Shown here one piece after another: positions 19,160 to 29,350 of a stretch of 64,000 nucleotides of DNA (positions are counted from its first letter, which is position 1; each line of letters begins with the position of its first letter). This DNA is from an uncultured OM182 clade bacterium (GTDB lineage: Bacteria > Pseudomonadota > Gammaproteobacteria > Pseudomonadales > Azotimanducaceae), in assembly GCA_902567095.1 (NCBI GenBank), contig CACFLG010000005.1:1267-65266 (forward strand). Reading direction: 5' to 3'. Both the position numbers and the translations under genes were made by a program. Below the pieces are notes generated by a model that saw only the letters and a list, made by a program, of their open reading frames with translations, was not told where the DNA came from and did no database searches.

Positions 19160-19590
19160 GGTGACAGTTTTCCCTCATATGATGCTTTAAGAAAGACCCT
19201 TTCAAAACCAGATATTCGTGCGGCTTCTATTGCGAGGACAACGGATTTGTGCGGAGCTAGCTCGTCTGCTGCTATAACTAAATCTGAGGGTGAAAGCCCC
19301 CCGAGCTTCAATGATATAAGTGAAGAGAGCTCTCGAACATCCTCAAAAAATAGCAACTCTTGATCGAAGTAGAAACTACTGTCTTTTCTTATAACAAGCG
19401 TCAGCGTGGTTTTTTCTTGGTCAGCTAAACTCCTCCCTTCAGTGGTTGGAAGATCTACAATCAAATTTGCTTTAGACTGGAAAGTTGCCGGCACAACAAA
19501 GAAAATCAGCAACAGAAAAACCACGTCGATAAAGGGAGCAAGATTTATCTCGCTGGCTCTTCTTAATCTTCTAGAAAATTTCATCATCAT
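19156..19590 (-). CDS. exbD: ExbD/TolR-family biopolymer transport protein
   Basis: 144 aa with an N-terminal motif INLAPFIDVVFLLLIFF, then a periplasmic domain. It overlaps msbA by 4 nt. Confidence 0.8.
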   Translation of the reverse strand: MMMKFSRRLRRASEINLAPFIDVVFLLLIFFVVPATFQSKANLIVDLPTTEGRSLADQEKTTLTLVIRKDSSFYFDQELLFFEDVRELSSLISLKLGGLSPSDLVIAADELAPHKSVVLAIEAARISGFERVFLKASYEGKLSP

Positions 19591-19622
19591 TGCGCTTTTT
19601 TAATTAGTCTTGCGAAGAACTC

Positions 19623-20246
19623 TCATTTTTTTGACAACAGTTCGATGAAACGCTCACAATCGCCAGCTAAAAAAACTAAAAGCTCGTCCACTTTTCGTTC
19701 AAAATAGCGTTGAAAAAATAAAGTTGGGATAGCAACAATCAAACCTGCCGCAGTAGTAATCAATGCTTGTGATATACCTCCTGCTAGCGCGCTAGTAAAA
19801 CCTCCTCCAGCGGTTTCAACAACCCCAAAAACAGTTATCATCCCAATAACCGTGCCTAAAAGACCAAGCAACGGGGTTATTGCAGCAATGGTGCCAAGGG
19901 TTCCAAGGTTTCTCAGCAATTCATGTTCAACGAAACTTGCCGCATTTTCTGCAGAAGTACGCATCGCATCGTATCCGTCATTCTTTTTTGCGAAAGCTGA
20001 GATAAAAAGAAAGCCAAGAAAAGAATCGCCTCCCAAACTAACAATACTATTCTTGTCAACGCCTATTCTTGTGGCAGGGTTATTCAATTCTCTAAGTAGT
20101 TTCCTTGGAAGAATATTTTCTCTCCGCAATACCCACGAGCGCTCTATCACGATCGCCAACGAAATCACTGAGCAAAAAATGATTGGAAGCATAAGCCAGC
20201 CCCCAGCACCTATGAGTTCAAACACGGAATCTCTGACGTTAAGCAA
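19623..20246 (-). CDS. exbB: MotA/TolQ/ExbB-family proton channel
   Basis: 207 aa with three TM segments and the conserved stretch GLLGTVIGM...ALITTAAGL.VAIP. Confidence 0.8.
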   Translation of the reverse strand: MLNVRDSVFELIGAGGWLMLPIIFCSVISLAIVIERSWVLRRENILPRKLLRELNNPATRIGVDKNSIVSLGGDSFLGFLFISAFAKKNDGYDAMRTSAENAASFVEHELLRNLGTLGTIAAITPLLGLLGTVIGMITVFGVVETAGGGFTSALAGGISQALITTAAGLIVAIPTLFFQRYFERKVDELLVFLAGDCERFIELLSKK

Positions 20247-20315
20247 ATATAAACTTTATCACAAAAAAAAGGTTTCTAATCACTTTAGTGATCTCAAAAA
20301 AATAGATAAAATCTA

Positions 20316-21527
20316 CTAAGCAACTATTCCCTGTTTGAATAAGTCTCCGACCTCTGAATCCCCTAAACCAAGATCATCTTTTAAAATCTCTTCGGTATGC
20401 TCACCTAACACAGGAGCCGGTAACGCTGCTAGATTCTCCGATTCACTGAACCTTATAGGAGATCCTGAAGCTATATAACTGCCGATCTCTGGTTGATTAA
20501 TTAATCCCATCATTGGGTTAGCGATTGAGCAATCGACGTCTTTTTCGACCATCTCTTTAAATGTTCTGTATGGTCCGTAACAAACACCATGCTCGTCCAG
20601 AAAGGCGCAGACTTCTTCATAGACTCTTGATTTGAACCAAGGCTCGAGGATCTTTGCAATAGCTTCTTTTGCTTTGAACCTATCTCCCTCTTTGCTGAAA
20701 TCTAAGCTCATCGAAGCTTCTAGCGCAACAATTTCATCTTTGCTGCCAGTGGCTACTAATATAGAACTCCACTGTCTCGGCGTAAGGCCAACTATCATTA
20801 AGCGTCTTTTATCTTTTGTTTCAAAATCCCTCCCAAAAGCACCATAAAGGTAGTTCCCGTATTTTTTCCTATCTTCGCCATTTATCGTAACCTCCGAAAT
20901 ATTTCCAAGATTACTGGTCGTCGCTATCGCTACATCTTTCAGCGCTAATTTAACCAGCTGACCTTCTCTTTCTATTCGTCGATGCCTCTCCGCGGCCAAG
21001 ACCGCTATTGCAGCCATTTGTCCAGTAATGTTGTCCCAAGCAGGAAGAAGATAATTTGTCGGCTCGTCATTGTTCTGACTGCCTGTTAATGTTGCAAAGC
21101 CGACAGCACAGTTCACTGTGTAGTCCAAAGCCGAGCCACCCAGACGATCTCCCATGATATTGACATAGATTAGGTCGTCTCTTGTCGCGCGAAGTTTTTC
21201 ATACGCTAACCACCCTCTCTCAGGGAAATTCGTCAGAAAAATTCCATCTGCGAAGCTGTTTCCAGCTAGAAGAGAGGTTATAAGTTCTCTGCCTCGAGGA
21301 TGACCAATGTCAACTTGAAAAGATCGTTTTCCTTTATTCATTCCAGCCCAAAACAAACTAGCCCCTTCTTTAGTGACCGGCCAGCGCCTGTAATCTAGAC
21401 CACCGCCTATTGGATCGAATCTAATTACGTCCGCACCTAGCTGCGCTAAAGTCATACCTCCAAGGGGGGCCGCGACAAATGCAGAACCTTCAAGAATCCG
21501 TAAACCTTTAAGAATTCCTTTTTTCAT
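20316..21527 (-). CDS. Family III CoA-transferase (CaiB/BaiF type)
   Basis: 403 aa. The N-terminus LKGLRILEGSAFVAAPLGGMTLAQLGADVIRFDP is typical of the family. Confidence 0.85.
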   Translation of the reverse strand: MKKGILKGLRILEGSAFVAAPLGGMTLAQLGADVIRFDPIGGGLDYRRWPVTKEGASLFWAGMNKGKRSFQVDIGHPRGRELITSLLAGNSFADGIFLTNFPERGWLAYEKLRATRDDLIYVNIMGDRLGGSALDYTVNCAVGFATLTGSQNNDEPTNYLLPAWDNITGQMAAIAVLAAERHRRIEREGQLVKLALKDVAIATTSNLGNISEVTINGEDRKKYGNYLYGAFGRDFETKDKRRLMIVGLTPRQWSSILVATGSKDEIVALEASMSLDFSKEGDRFKAKEAIAKILEPWFKSRVYEEVCAFLDEHGVCYGPYRTFKEMVEKDVDCSIANPMMGLINQPEIGSYIASGSPIRFSESENLAALPAPVLGEHTEEILKDDLGLGDSEVGDLFKQGIVA

Positions 21528-21530
21528 AAA

Positions 21531-22526
21531 TCATCCTCTCGAGATCACTCCTAATCGCCAATCTAGTACCTTCGTCTCTTTTTGACCTTCTTTTACAGAG
21601 ACTTCGCTCTCAGCAAACACTTCTACGGTCAAATCTAAGATAGAAAACTCATCATAATCTTCACGTTGGTTTACTAAAACTTCGCTTCTTAATATATCTC
21701 CCTCAAATACTGGAGCTAGGTGTTCGCAGTGAAACCAACAAATGATAGTGATCAAACCAGGTAAAGCGCGACTAACTTGAGCGGCAGCTAAAGATATCGT
21801 ATGTCCCCCATAAACAAGCCGCTCAGAGTAGCCGCCTTTCTTCGAATCAAGATGGGTCATCGCAAGATTCAATGTTAGTCGAACGATCTCCGGTGCTGAA
21901 GTAACAGTATCTCTAGCTTCTATGACAATTCTCTGCCCTACCTCTAAGTGAACCTGTTTCGGACTAAATTCTTTAAAATTCCAGGGTGGCACCAAGGCCT
22001 TGAGTTTATCGAAATCAAGAGAAACAGATATCAAGTCAAAATCATCATTTTTCCCAGTGTCTGCCTCAGAGTCTCTACATGGAAGCATCGGGCATCTATA
22101 AAAATTCAAAACAGACTGGCCCTCTTGGTTTGAGACCTCAATATAAAGCGCGGCCATCCCGCTTGCAGCTCGTCCCGGTTTTATTCTGTTTTGCCGCAGC
22201 GCGACCACAGAAGTCTTGGTCTTGAGCGTATCACCCAGAAAGACAGGCAGCCTAAAAGCAACTCCCCGGTAAAAAAGGTTTCCGAGCACCCTTTGAGATG
22301 GAATTGTACTTAATCCAATTGCTATGTTTGCCACTAAGCAAGAATTTACCAGCGGCGTAGGCGATTTTGTAACTTTTTTACTCAGAGGCCAACTTAAAGG
22401 CAGCGCCAAGCGATCCCCGAAAGCCATTTGGTGAGCAGCCAGATGACCTTCAGTAATTGTAACTTCGGGCACATTGTTAAATTCATCGCCCACATTCAAA
22501 TCTTCAAACCACGGAGAACCTGACAT
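21531..22526 (-). CDS. MaoC-like (double hot-dog) acyl/enoyl-CoA hydratase
   Basis: 331 aa. Its two-hot-dog length, its position directly upstream of the CoA-transferase, and the VGDEF...T.T..H....A..GD N-terminal pattern support the call. Confidence 0.7.
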   Translation of the reverse strand: MSGSPWFEDLNVGDEFNNVPEVTITEGHLAAHQMAFGDRLALPLSWPLSKKVTKSPTPLVNSCLVANIAIGLSTIPSQRVLGNLFYRGVAFRLPVFLGDTLKTKTSVVALRQNRIKPGRAASGMAALYIEVSNQEGQSVLNFYRCPMLPCRDSEADTGKNDDFDLISVSLDFDKLKALVPPWNFKEFSPKQVHLEVGQRIVIEARDTVTSAPEIVRLTLNLAMTHLDSKKGGYSERLVYGGHTISLAAAQVSRALPGLITIICWFHCEHLAPVFEGDILRSEVLVNQREDYDEFSILDLTVEVFAESEVSVKEGQKETKVLDWRLGVISRG

Positions 22527-22680
22527 GCCCCCAATCCTTTTTTAACCAGAGTATTTTGATCGACTTACATTATAGGATAATCAGGGTATTTTCGCAGGAT
22601 CAAAATGACAGCCCGGTCATCAATCAGCCGTTCAGAGGCTATAAAGTCGATCGTTGTTACAAGTCAGAGCTTGGGAAGCA

Positions 22681-22926
22681 TTAATCTTTTCGAATATCTG
22701 GAAAAAGGAGCAAGTTTTGACTAGATGCGCTATTCAGAGCTTCCGAAAACCTTTTTTTCGATGGATCTTGCAATTCAAGCATCATTTTCAAATGATGAAT
22801 TACTTTTCTGCCCGTCTTCTGCTTCGATCTAGTTCGACTCATCTTCTTCGCTGCCCTCATCGCTAACTTAGAGTGCATTCGCGACTTGAGAGAACCGGTC
22901 GAGTTCACTATGACATTGCTTTTCAT
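22681..22926 (-). CDS. Small, highly basic hypothetical protein, candidate SOS-regulated gene
   Basis: 81-aa ORF with the SD sequence GAGG 7 nt upstream of the ATG (minus strand TGCGAGGTTAATCGATG). A canonical LexA box sits between a -35-like TTGATA and a weak -10. I recognise no homolog. Confidence 0.45.
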   Translation of the reverse strand: MKSNVIVNSTGSLKSRMHSKLAMRAAKKMSRTRSKQKTGRKVIHHLKMMLELQDPSKKRFSEALNSASSQNLLLFPDIRKD

Positions 22927-22950
22927 CGATTAACCTCGCACCAATAGTTT

Positions 22951-22970
22951 TACTGTACAAACGAACAGTA
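22951..22970 (-). promoter_or_regulatory. LexA (SOS) box, perfect CTGT-N8-ACAG core
   Basis: The plus strand reads TACTGTACAAACGAACAGTA, against the gammaproteobacterial consensus TACTGTATATATATACAGTA. A second, weaker box ATATGTATATTTGTACAGTA lies at 22977-22996. Confidence 0.6.
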
Positions 22971-22997
22971 TCAAGAATATGTATATTTGTACAGTAC

Positions 22998-25571
22998 TTA
23001 AGAAAAAACTATCGCATTGTTAGACACTTGGGCCTTTATGTTGGCTTTCTGGGACTTTTCTTCTGAAATCAACTGGAGAGCTATCGGGTTTTCGACTAAA
23101 TCCCTTATCGATCTTTTTAGGGGGCGGGCACCGTCCAAGGCAGAAAATCCGTCTTTAGCGATAAAGTCACAAACCTCCTCATCAAACTCAAATTCAATAC
23201 CTTCTAAAAACAAACGAGATTTGAGTTTATTTAGCTCGATTATTGAAATCTGTTTTATCTCTGCCTCTCCTAACGGGTTGAAGGTGACAATATCATCGAT
23301 GCGATTGATGAATTCGGGCCTGAAATTCGCCTTCACTTTGTTCATAACTAACCCTTTTAGAGTTGACATATTGTCACCAGCGTTTAAACCAACTTGAATT
23401 TCTTCCGCACCCAAATTAGAGGTCATTACAACAATTGCATTCTTAAAATTGACTCTCCTGCCCTTGTTATCACTCAAATGGCCGTCATCAAGAATCTGTA
23501 ACAAGAGATCGAAAATCTCCGGGTGAGCTTTTTCAATTTCATCCAATAAAATGAGACTGTGCGGACGTTTTCTTACCGCTTCCGTCAGGAGCCCCGAACT
23601 TTCATATCCTATATACCCTGGAGGGGCCCCTATTAACTTGCTTACCGAGTGTTTCTCCATGAACTCAGACATGTCAAGCCTTATCAGGGCTTGTTTATTA
23701 TCAAACAAGAGATCAGCTAAAACCTTACACAATTCCGTCTTTCCTACTCCCGTTGGACCCAGGAATAAAAACGACCCGTTCGGCCTTTCCGGATCCGCAA
23801 TACCGGCTCTAGAGCGCCGAATAGCGTTGGAAACGGCACTAATTGCGTGAGATTGTCCTACTACTCTTGCGCTGAGCTCGGATTCAAGATTTATCAATCG
23901 CTCTCTTTCTTCTTCTAACATTTTAGCTACAGGAATGCCTGTCCACTTCGAAACTATCTCGGCGATTTCCGCTTCGGTAACTCGATCTCTTAACAGTTTA
24001 TTTTTAACGCTTTTATTCTCTTGTTGCTCAAAAAGCTCTTTTTCAAGTTCAGGAATCACTCCATACTGGAGCTCTGACATTCCTGCTAGATCGCCTGAAC
24101 GCCTAAGCGATTCGAGTCTAAGCTTCGTATCATCTAGCTTAGTTCGCAACTCCCGAGACTTCGATACCACCAGTTTTTCAACGCTCCATATTTGATTGAG
24201 CTCGGCTAAACTATTTTCGTTCTCTGTGATTTCTTGCTGCAGCATGGCCTCTCGTTTTCGGGAATCTTTATCATCTTCGTTCTTAAGCGCCTCTGATTCG
24301 ATCTTCAGCTGTATTATTCTTCTTTCAAGCTTATCCATTTCTTGGGGTTTCGAGTCGATTTCCATACGAATCAAACTCGCTGCCTCATCAACTAAATCGA
24401 TCGCCTTATCTGGTAAATGACGATCTGAAATAAATTTGCTCGATAACTGACCGGCAGCGACTAAAGCCGGGTCTGTTATTTCTACGCCATGGTGCAAGGA
24501 ATAACGTTCTTTGAGTCCTCGCAAAATAGCTATGGTCGAAGACACATCTGGCTCCGAAACGTTTATTTTTTGAAATCGTCTCTCTAACGCAGCATCTTTT
24601 TCGATATTTTCTCTATACTCTTCATAAGTAGTCGCGCCAACACAGTGCAACTTTCCTCTCGCCAAAGCTGGCTTTAGCATATTCCCGGCATCCATTGAGC
24701 CTTCCGCTTTCCCGGCGCCCACCAAGTTGTGAATTTCGTCTATAAACAAAATTATCTCGCCCTCTCTACTTTCAAGATCACGGATAATTGCCTGAAGCCG
24801 TTCCTCAAAATCACCACGGAATTTCGCACCCGCAACAACGCTTGCCATGTCGAGCGATAAAACTTTCTTCCGCTTTAATCCATCAGGGACTTCGTTATCA
24901 ACAATCCTCTGAGCTAACCCTTCCAGGATTGCTGTCTTCCCAACTCCCGGGTCACCGATAAGCACAGGGTTATTTTTTGTGCGCCGTTGCAGCACCTGAA
25001 TAGTTCTTCTTATTTCATCGTCTCTTCCTATAACCGGATCAAGTTTTCCCAATGCTGCACTCTCAGTTAAATCAATAGTAAATTTTGAAAGAGCCTGCAT
25101 CGTCTCCTCTGAACTGACTTCCTGAATAACTTTTCCTTTCCTTAACGTTTGTATGGCTCCACGAATTCGGTCGCAGTTAATTCCGAAGCTATCGAACACA
25201 CGTCGAAGCTTTTGATCCTTTTCTACGCTCGCTAAAAAAAATATTTCGGTGGAAACAAAACTGTCTCCGAATTGAGCTTTCAGCGATTCAGATTGAGCAA
25301 AGATTTCATTGAAATTCTTCGATGGTTTTAACGAGTCAACGCCTCCAACTTGCTCGGGAAGGAGATCAATCTCGTCACTAATTTTCTGAGCTAACAAAGA
25401 TGAATCAATCTGAATTAACTCAAAAATCTCGAAAACTGTTCCCTCTCGATCTAACAGGAACACACTCATCAAGTGCAAAGAGGAAAGTTGATTATGGCTC
25501 TTCGATCGCGCAAACCTCTCCGCTTGAACAAATACTTCTTGAAGTTTTCTAGTACATTTCTCGAGTATCAT
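22998..25571 (-). CDS. clpB: ATP-dependent chaperone ClpB
   Basis: 857 aa with two AAA+ modules (GDPGVGKT and GPTGVGKT Walker A motifs) and a long coiled-coil middle domain. Confidence 0.97.
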   Translation of the reverse strand: MILEKCTRKLQEVFVQAERFARSKSHNQLSSLHLMSVFLLDREGTVFEIFELIQIDSSLLAQKISDEIDLLPEQVGGVDSLKPSKNFNEIFAQSESLKAQFGDSFVSTEIFFLASVEKDQKLRRVFDSFGINCDRIRGAIQTLRKGKVIQEVSSEETMQALSKFTIDLTESAALGKLDPVIGRDDEIRRTIQVLQRRTKNNPVLIGDPGVGKTAILEGLAQRIVDNEVPDGLKRKKVLSLDMASVVAGAKFRGDFEERLQAIIRDLESREGEIILFIDEIHNLVGAGKAEGSMDAGNMLKPALARGKLHCVGATTYEEYRENIEKDAALERRFQKINVSEPDVSSTIAILRGLKERYSLHHGVEITDPALVAAGQLSSKFISDRHLPDKAIDLVDEAASLIRMEIDSKPQEMDKLERRIIQLKIESEALKNEDDKDSRKREAMLQQEITENENSLAELNQIWSVEKLVVSKSRELRTKLDDTKLRLESLRRSGDLAGMSELQYGVIPELEKELFEQQENKSVKNKLLRDRVTEAEIAEIVSKWTGIPVAKMLEEERERLINLESELSARVVGQSHAISAVSNAIRRSRAGIADPERPNGSFLFLGPTGVGKTELCKVLADLLFDNKQALIRLDMSEFMEKHSVSKLIGAPPGYIGYESSGLLTEAVRKRPHSLILLDEIEKAHPEIFDLLLQILDDGHLSDNKGRRVNFKNAIVVMTSNLGAEEIQVGLNAGDNMSTLKGLVMNKVKANFRPEFINRIDDIVTFNPLGEAEIKQISIIELNKLKSRLFLEGIEFEFDEEVCDFIAKDGFSALDGARPLKRSIRDLVENPIALQLISEEKSQKANIKAQVSNNAIVFS

Positions 25572-25603
25572 TTGTTTTTCTCTTTCAATTCTTAGACTCT
25601 GTT

Positions 25604-25631
25604 ACTTTGGGTCTATCCTTTTAATTTCAAG
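25604..25631 (-). promoter_or_regulatory. Candidate sigma32 heat-shock promoter of clpB
   Basis: The minus strand reads CTTGAAA-N13-CCCAAAGT, against the consensus CTTGAAA-N13-15-CCCCATNT. It ends 33 nt upstream of the clpB ATG. Confidence 0.45.
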
Positions 25632-25731
25632 CTCTTTTAGATTTATAGTAGTTTAGAACATTGCATACCGTGAACTATAGGTTATTGTCGCCCTGTCTCA
25701 TTAATTAACGCTAGACCCTAAAGTAACAAAT

Positions 25732-26229
25732 ATGAGTGAGAAAAAAATCTACATAACTCCACAGGGAGCGAGAAGCCTCCGTGACGAACTAGATACACTT
25801 TGGAGAAAAACTCGTCGTGAGGTTACCAAACAAGTTAGTGAGGCTGCAGCTTTGGGAGATAGAAGCGAAAATGCTGATTATATATACGGAAAGAAAAGGC
25901 TCAGAGAAATCGACAAGAGAATTAGATATATAACGAAAAGGCTTGACCAGATCTCTATCGTCGAGGCCCTTCCAAATGATCTTGGCAAGGTTTATTTTGG
26001 TGCATGGGTTACGATTGAGCGGGACAATGGAAAGACTGAAACGGTTCGCATAGTTGGACCTGACGAAATCGAGCCAAAATCCCACTGGATAAGCATTAAT
26101 TCCCCAATGGCTAGGGCGCTTATTGGAAAAGAAAAGGGCGACGATTGCGAGGTCATGACCCCTGAGGGAAAATCAAAAATTGTAATTCGTGACGTCGACT
26201 ACAAAACAACTACTAGGGCAAAGAAATGA
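25732..26229 (+). CDS. greB: transcription elongation factor GreB
   Basis: 165 aa. LGDRSENADYIYGKKRLREIDKRIRYITKRL closely matches the E. coli GreB coiled-coil region, and SPMARALIGKEKGD is also present. Confidence 0.9.
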   Translation: MSEKKIYITPQGARSLRDELDTLWRKTRREVTKQVSEAAALGDRSENADYIYGKKRLREIDKRIRYITKRLDQISIVEALPNDLGKVYFGAWVTIERDNGKTETVRIVGPDEIEPKSHWISINSPMARALIGKEKGDDCEVMTPEGKSKIVIRDVDYKTTTRAKK

Positions 26230-27311
26230 GTTACGAGCGTAATAACATCCGTAAAATGCTGGGTTACTCAAGCGGAGAGCAACCGGGCAGTGCCGACAGC
26301 ATAAAACTCAACACAAATGAAAACCCCTACCCGCCATCGCCAAACGTATTGAAAGCAGGCACAAAATTTCAATATAACAACCTAAGACTTTACCCAGATG
26401 GCAACGCTGATGGTCTGAGAAGAGCAATTTCCCAGCTCCACTCCGTAAGCCCAACAAATGTTTTAGCGACTCGAGGCGGAGACGAACTATTACGGCTCTT
26501 AGTCACTACGTTTGTAGACCCTGGAAAAAAGATAGGAATGACCTACCCAACTTACTCCCTCTACCCAGTGCTAGCAGAAATACAAGACTGCCCAATCGAA
26601 TCAGTCGAACTAAACTCTGACTGGAAAGTTCCAGACCACTTTGCATCGGACATGAATGATAAAGGCGTAAAGTTATGTTTCCTAGTCAATCCTCATTCGC
26701 CAACGGGCACTTTTACAACCAAGGCCAAGATTGAGGAAATAGCCAATGAACTCGACTCGATTCTTGTTATTGATGAGGCATATATCGACTTCATTGATGA
26801 TCAATTTCAAAGCTGCATTGACTTAATTCCGAGACACGACAATTTGATCGTACTCAGAACTCTGAGCAAGGGCTACTCGTTAGCTGGATTAAGAGTAGGC
26901 TACGGGATTGCCCAAGAGGAATTGATCCATCCGATGCTCACCAAAACTAAAGATAGCTACAACCTTGATCAAATCAGCCAGGTCATAGCCACGTGCGCGC
27001 TAGAAGACCAAGAACACAAGAGAAAGTGTTCCACTCTAATAAAAGCATCGCGCAATAAATTGCAAGAGGGATTAGAAAAGTTGGGGCTCGCCGTAGCACC
27101 AAGTCAGGCTAATTTTCTTTTAGTTACAATACCTGACCAATTCCAACTAACAGCATATGATCTTTACAAAGAACTAAAAACTAAAAACATCTTCGTTAGA
27201 TATTTCAATATGCCTCGCTTAGAAGATAAGCTTCGCATAAGCGTTGGATTGCCCGAGCAAAATAAAAAACTCATTAAAATTATAGAACCCCTGTTATACA
27301 GACCTAAATGA
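26226..27311 (+). CDS. hisC: histidinol-phosphate aminotransferase (class II aminotransferase)
   Basis: 361 aa with KLNTNENPYPPSP, IDEAY and a PLP-lysine region RTLSKGYSLAGLRVGY. Confidence 0.8.
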   Translation: MSYERNNIRKMLGYSSGEQPGSADSIKLNTNENPYPPSPNVLKAGTKFQYNNLRLYPDGNADGLRRAISQLHSVSPTNVLATRGGDELLRLLVTTFVDPGKKIGMTYPTYSLYPVLAEIQDCPIESVELNSDWKVPDHFASDMNDKGVKLCFLVNPHSPTGTFTTKAKIEEIANELDSILVIDEAYIDFIDDQFQSCIDLIPRHDNLIVLRTLSKGYSLAGLRVGYGIAQEELIHPMLTKTKDSYNLDQISQVIATCALEDQEHKRKCSTLIKASRNKLQEGLEKLGLAVAPSQANFLLVTIPDQFQLTAYDLYKELKTKNIFVRYFNMPRLEDKLRISVGLPEQNKKLIKIIEPLLYRPK

Positions 27312-27784
27312 TCGAATCAACCCGTAATGAAGAAACCCAATCTACGATATTGGTTTTGAGACCTAATAATTCTCTCACGTGGAGATTGAACTTAGTATTA
27401 CTTCTCTTAGTCGCAGCGGTATCTATTTCGATCGCTATAAGTTTTTTGATTGCCGGAGCTTGGGTCATTCTTCCGTTTTCGCTGGTTGAGCTAGTATTGC
27501 TCGCGTTATGCATTCATTACGTCGCCAAACAATGCGCCAGACAAGAAGTCATCACAATTTCGGAGTTCGAAGTATTAGTTGAAATGGGAATAAGAAAACC
27601 GACAAAAAAGGCTTGCTATCAAAGAATCTGGTCAAAATTTTTTGTCAGACCGGGCAAGAGTGTTCAAGACCCTGAAAAGGTTGTAATTCGTTCTCACGGC
27701 GACGAACTAGAAATAGGAGAGTTTCTAAATAAAGATGATAAAGCAGACCTTGTCAGGATTTTGAAAAAGACGGTAGCCATCTAA
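27308..27784 (+). CDS. DUF2244-like two-TM membrane protein
   Basis: 158 aa with LRPNNSLTW followed by two hydrophobic helices and a soluble tail. The family assignment is from memory. Confidence 0.55.
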   Translation: MIESTRNEETQSTILVLRPNNSLTWRLNLVLLLLVAAVSISIAISFLIAGAWVILPFSLVELVLLALCIHYVAKQCARQEVITISEFEVLVEMGIRKPTKKACYQRIWSKFFVRPGKSVQDPEKVVIRSHGDELEIGEFLNKDDKADLVRILKKTVAI

Positions 27785-27805
27785 ACAGATTTCTTTTCTG
27801 TTTAA

Positions 27806-28645
27806 CTATCCTCGTAACCGCATAAGTCCCTCTTGGGAAACCGATGCAATTAGGCATCCCTCGGAAGAGAACATTAAGCCTCGATTAAAACCTCTGCCAT
27901 TTGATGCTTTCGGACTCTCGATAACGGCGAGAACCCATTTATCAATTCGGAATCTCTGATGAAACCACATAGAGTGGTCTAAACTCGCTGTTTGCAAACC
28001 ATTTAGCCAAGACATTTTATGCGGCAAACCAGAAGTGCTCAGTAACCCCATATCGGACGCGTATGCAAGAAATCCCTGATGTTCCGAATATTGGTCGCTT
28101 AACTTTTTCTTACTCCTCAACCAAATATGCTGAACCGGCAACATTTTTTTTGGGTTAGCGAAGTCTATGTCCTCAACTCTTTTAAGCTCTATGGGTCTCT
28201 CTCGACACAAAATTTTTCTTTGTTCTTCAGTAACCGCATCAAGATTTTCTTTCATTCTTTCGATATCGGTGGGTAACTCCTCTGGGAGGGGGACTGGAGG
28301 CATTTTGAATTGATGCACAAACCCTTTCTCAGTCCTTTGCAAAGAAGCAGTCATGATAAAAATTGTACGGCCTTTTTGAATTGCAGTTACTCGACGAGTT
28401 GAAAAGCTTTTACCGTTTCGGACTCGATCTACCTCATACAGTATCGGCTCATTAGGATCGCCCGGTCTCAAAAAGTAAGCGTGCAAAGAGTGACAATTAC
28501 CAACAGTAACCGTATGGATGGCCGAGAGCAAAGCTTGAGCTAAAACATACCCACCGAAAACCCGTTCGAGCCCACTTTCTTCAGGCTTCCCTTGAAACAG
28601 GTTCTCCTCGATTCTTTTTAGATGTAATTTTTCTAGAGTGTTCAT
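27806..28645 (-). CDS. tesB: acyl-CoA thioesterase II
   Basis: 279 aa, double hot-dog fold, with FGGYVLAQAL, NGKSFSTRRV and SLDHSMWFH motifs. Confidence 0.88.
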   Translation of the reverse strand: MNTLEKLHLKRIEENLFQGKPEESGLERVFGGYVLAQALLSAIHTVTVGNCHSLHAYFLRPGDPNEPILYEVDRVRNGKSFSTRRVTAIQKGRTIFIMTASLQRTEKGFVHQFKMPPVPLPEELPTDIERMKENLDAVTEEQRKILCRERPIELKRVEDIDFANPKKMLPVQHIWLRSKKKLSDQYSEHQGFLAYASDMGLLSTSGLPHKMSWLNGLQTASLDHSMWFHQRFRIDKWVLAVIESPKASNGRGFNRGLMFSSEGCLIASVSQEGLMRLRG

Positions 28646-28830
28646 GCTATTTCCGAGCTATCTCCGAGCCCGCATCCTCTGCCTTCGATAATTTTAGGAA
28701 AGTCCCGCTGACGGCGTCCAAAAAATACCCGGCGACGATCGAAATCTCTAATAATATTGGTACAGTTTCCCGCACGTTTGAAAAAAGTTAAAAAAAATAG
28801 ACAATATCAAAGAATTTTCTTGTCGCAACT

Positions 28831-29334
28831 ATGTTGAACCTTAAAAAATATTTCCCGACTCAGCAAGAGATAAAAGAAATGAAATATCTCCATGTTTTTG
28901 GAGATCTTCTTTTCGAGCCAAATCTTTGGCACTTCAACCGGAATTCTCTTTCCTATGCTTTTTTGATAGGAGGTTTTTTTTGTTTTATGCCAATGCCTTT
29001 TCAGACTATACCTTGTGTCTTGGTTGCTCTCTGGATCAGATGCAACCTCCCCGTCTCTATTGCTGTAGTTTGGATTAGCAACCCTATCACCATAGGTCCA
29101 ATGATTTATTTCTCGATAATAGTGGGCCAAGAAGTCCTAGGAGGCGGGACTCTTCTTGTTCCGTTAGACCTCAACTTGAGCTGGATTAAAAATCAAATCG
29201 CCGTTATTTGGAAACCCCTTCTTGTGGGCAGCTTCGTGTGCGGCGTCTCTGCCGGGGTGGCCGGCTTTCTTGGGGTGCGAGCCTACTATAGACTAAAAAT
29301 TATGAACTATAAGAGGCGTAAGACTTCTAGCTGA
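28831..29334 (+). CDS. DUF2062-family membrane protein
   Basis: 167 aa with SLSYAFLIGGFFCFMPMPFQ...SNPITIGPMIYF, typical of DUF2062. Confidence 0.65.
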   Translation: MLNLKKYFPTQQEIKEMKYLHVFGDLLFEPNLWHFNRNSLSYAFLIGGFFCFMPMPFQTIPCVLVALWIRCNLPVSIAVVWISNPITIGPMIYFSIIVGQEVLGGGTLLVPLDLNLSWIKNQIAVIWKPLLVGSFVCGVSAGVAGFLGVRAYYRLKIMNYKRRKTSS

Positions 29335-29350
29335 TTGCTGTTTTTTATGG

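Noticed and set aside
20263-20292. Hairpin ATCAC-TTTA-GTGAT plus an A8/T8 run between the CoA-transferase gene and exbB, considered as a terminator or a Fur-like operator.
   Set aside because: The stem is only 5 bp and AT-rich, and 8 nt separate it from the U-run. The match to the Fur consensus is poor.
22654-22866. 70-aa plus-strand ORF overlapping the small basic minus-strand ORF.
   Set aside because: It has no SD sequence or promoter-like elements, and it would run convergently into the clpB 3' end. The minus-strand ORF has an SD sequence and the SOS box.
22941-22997. Reading the 11-bp perfect inverted repeat TACTGTACAAA...TTTGTACAGTA as the rho-independent terminator of clpB.
   Set aside because: The loop would be 24 nt and no U-run follows on the clpB strand. 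The arms coincide with LexA-box half-sites instead. A dual role cannot be excluded.
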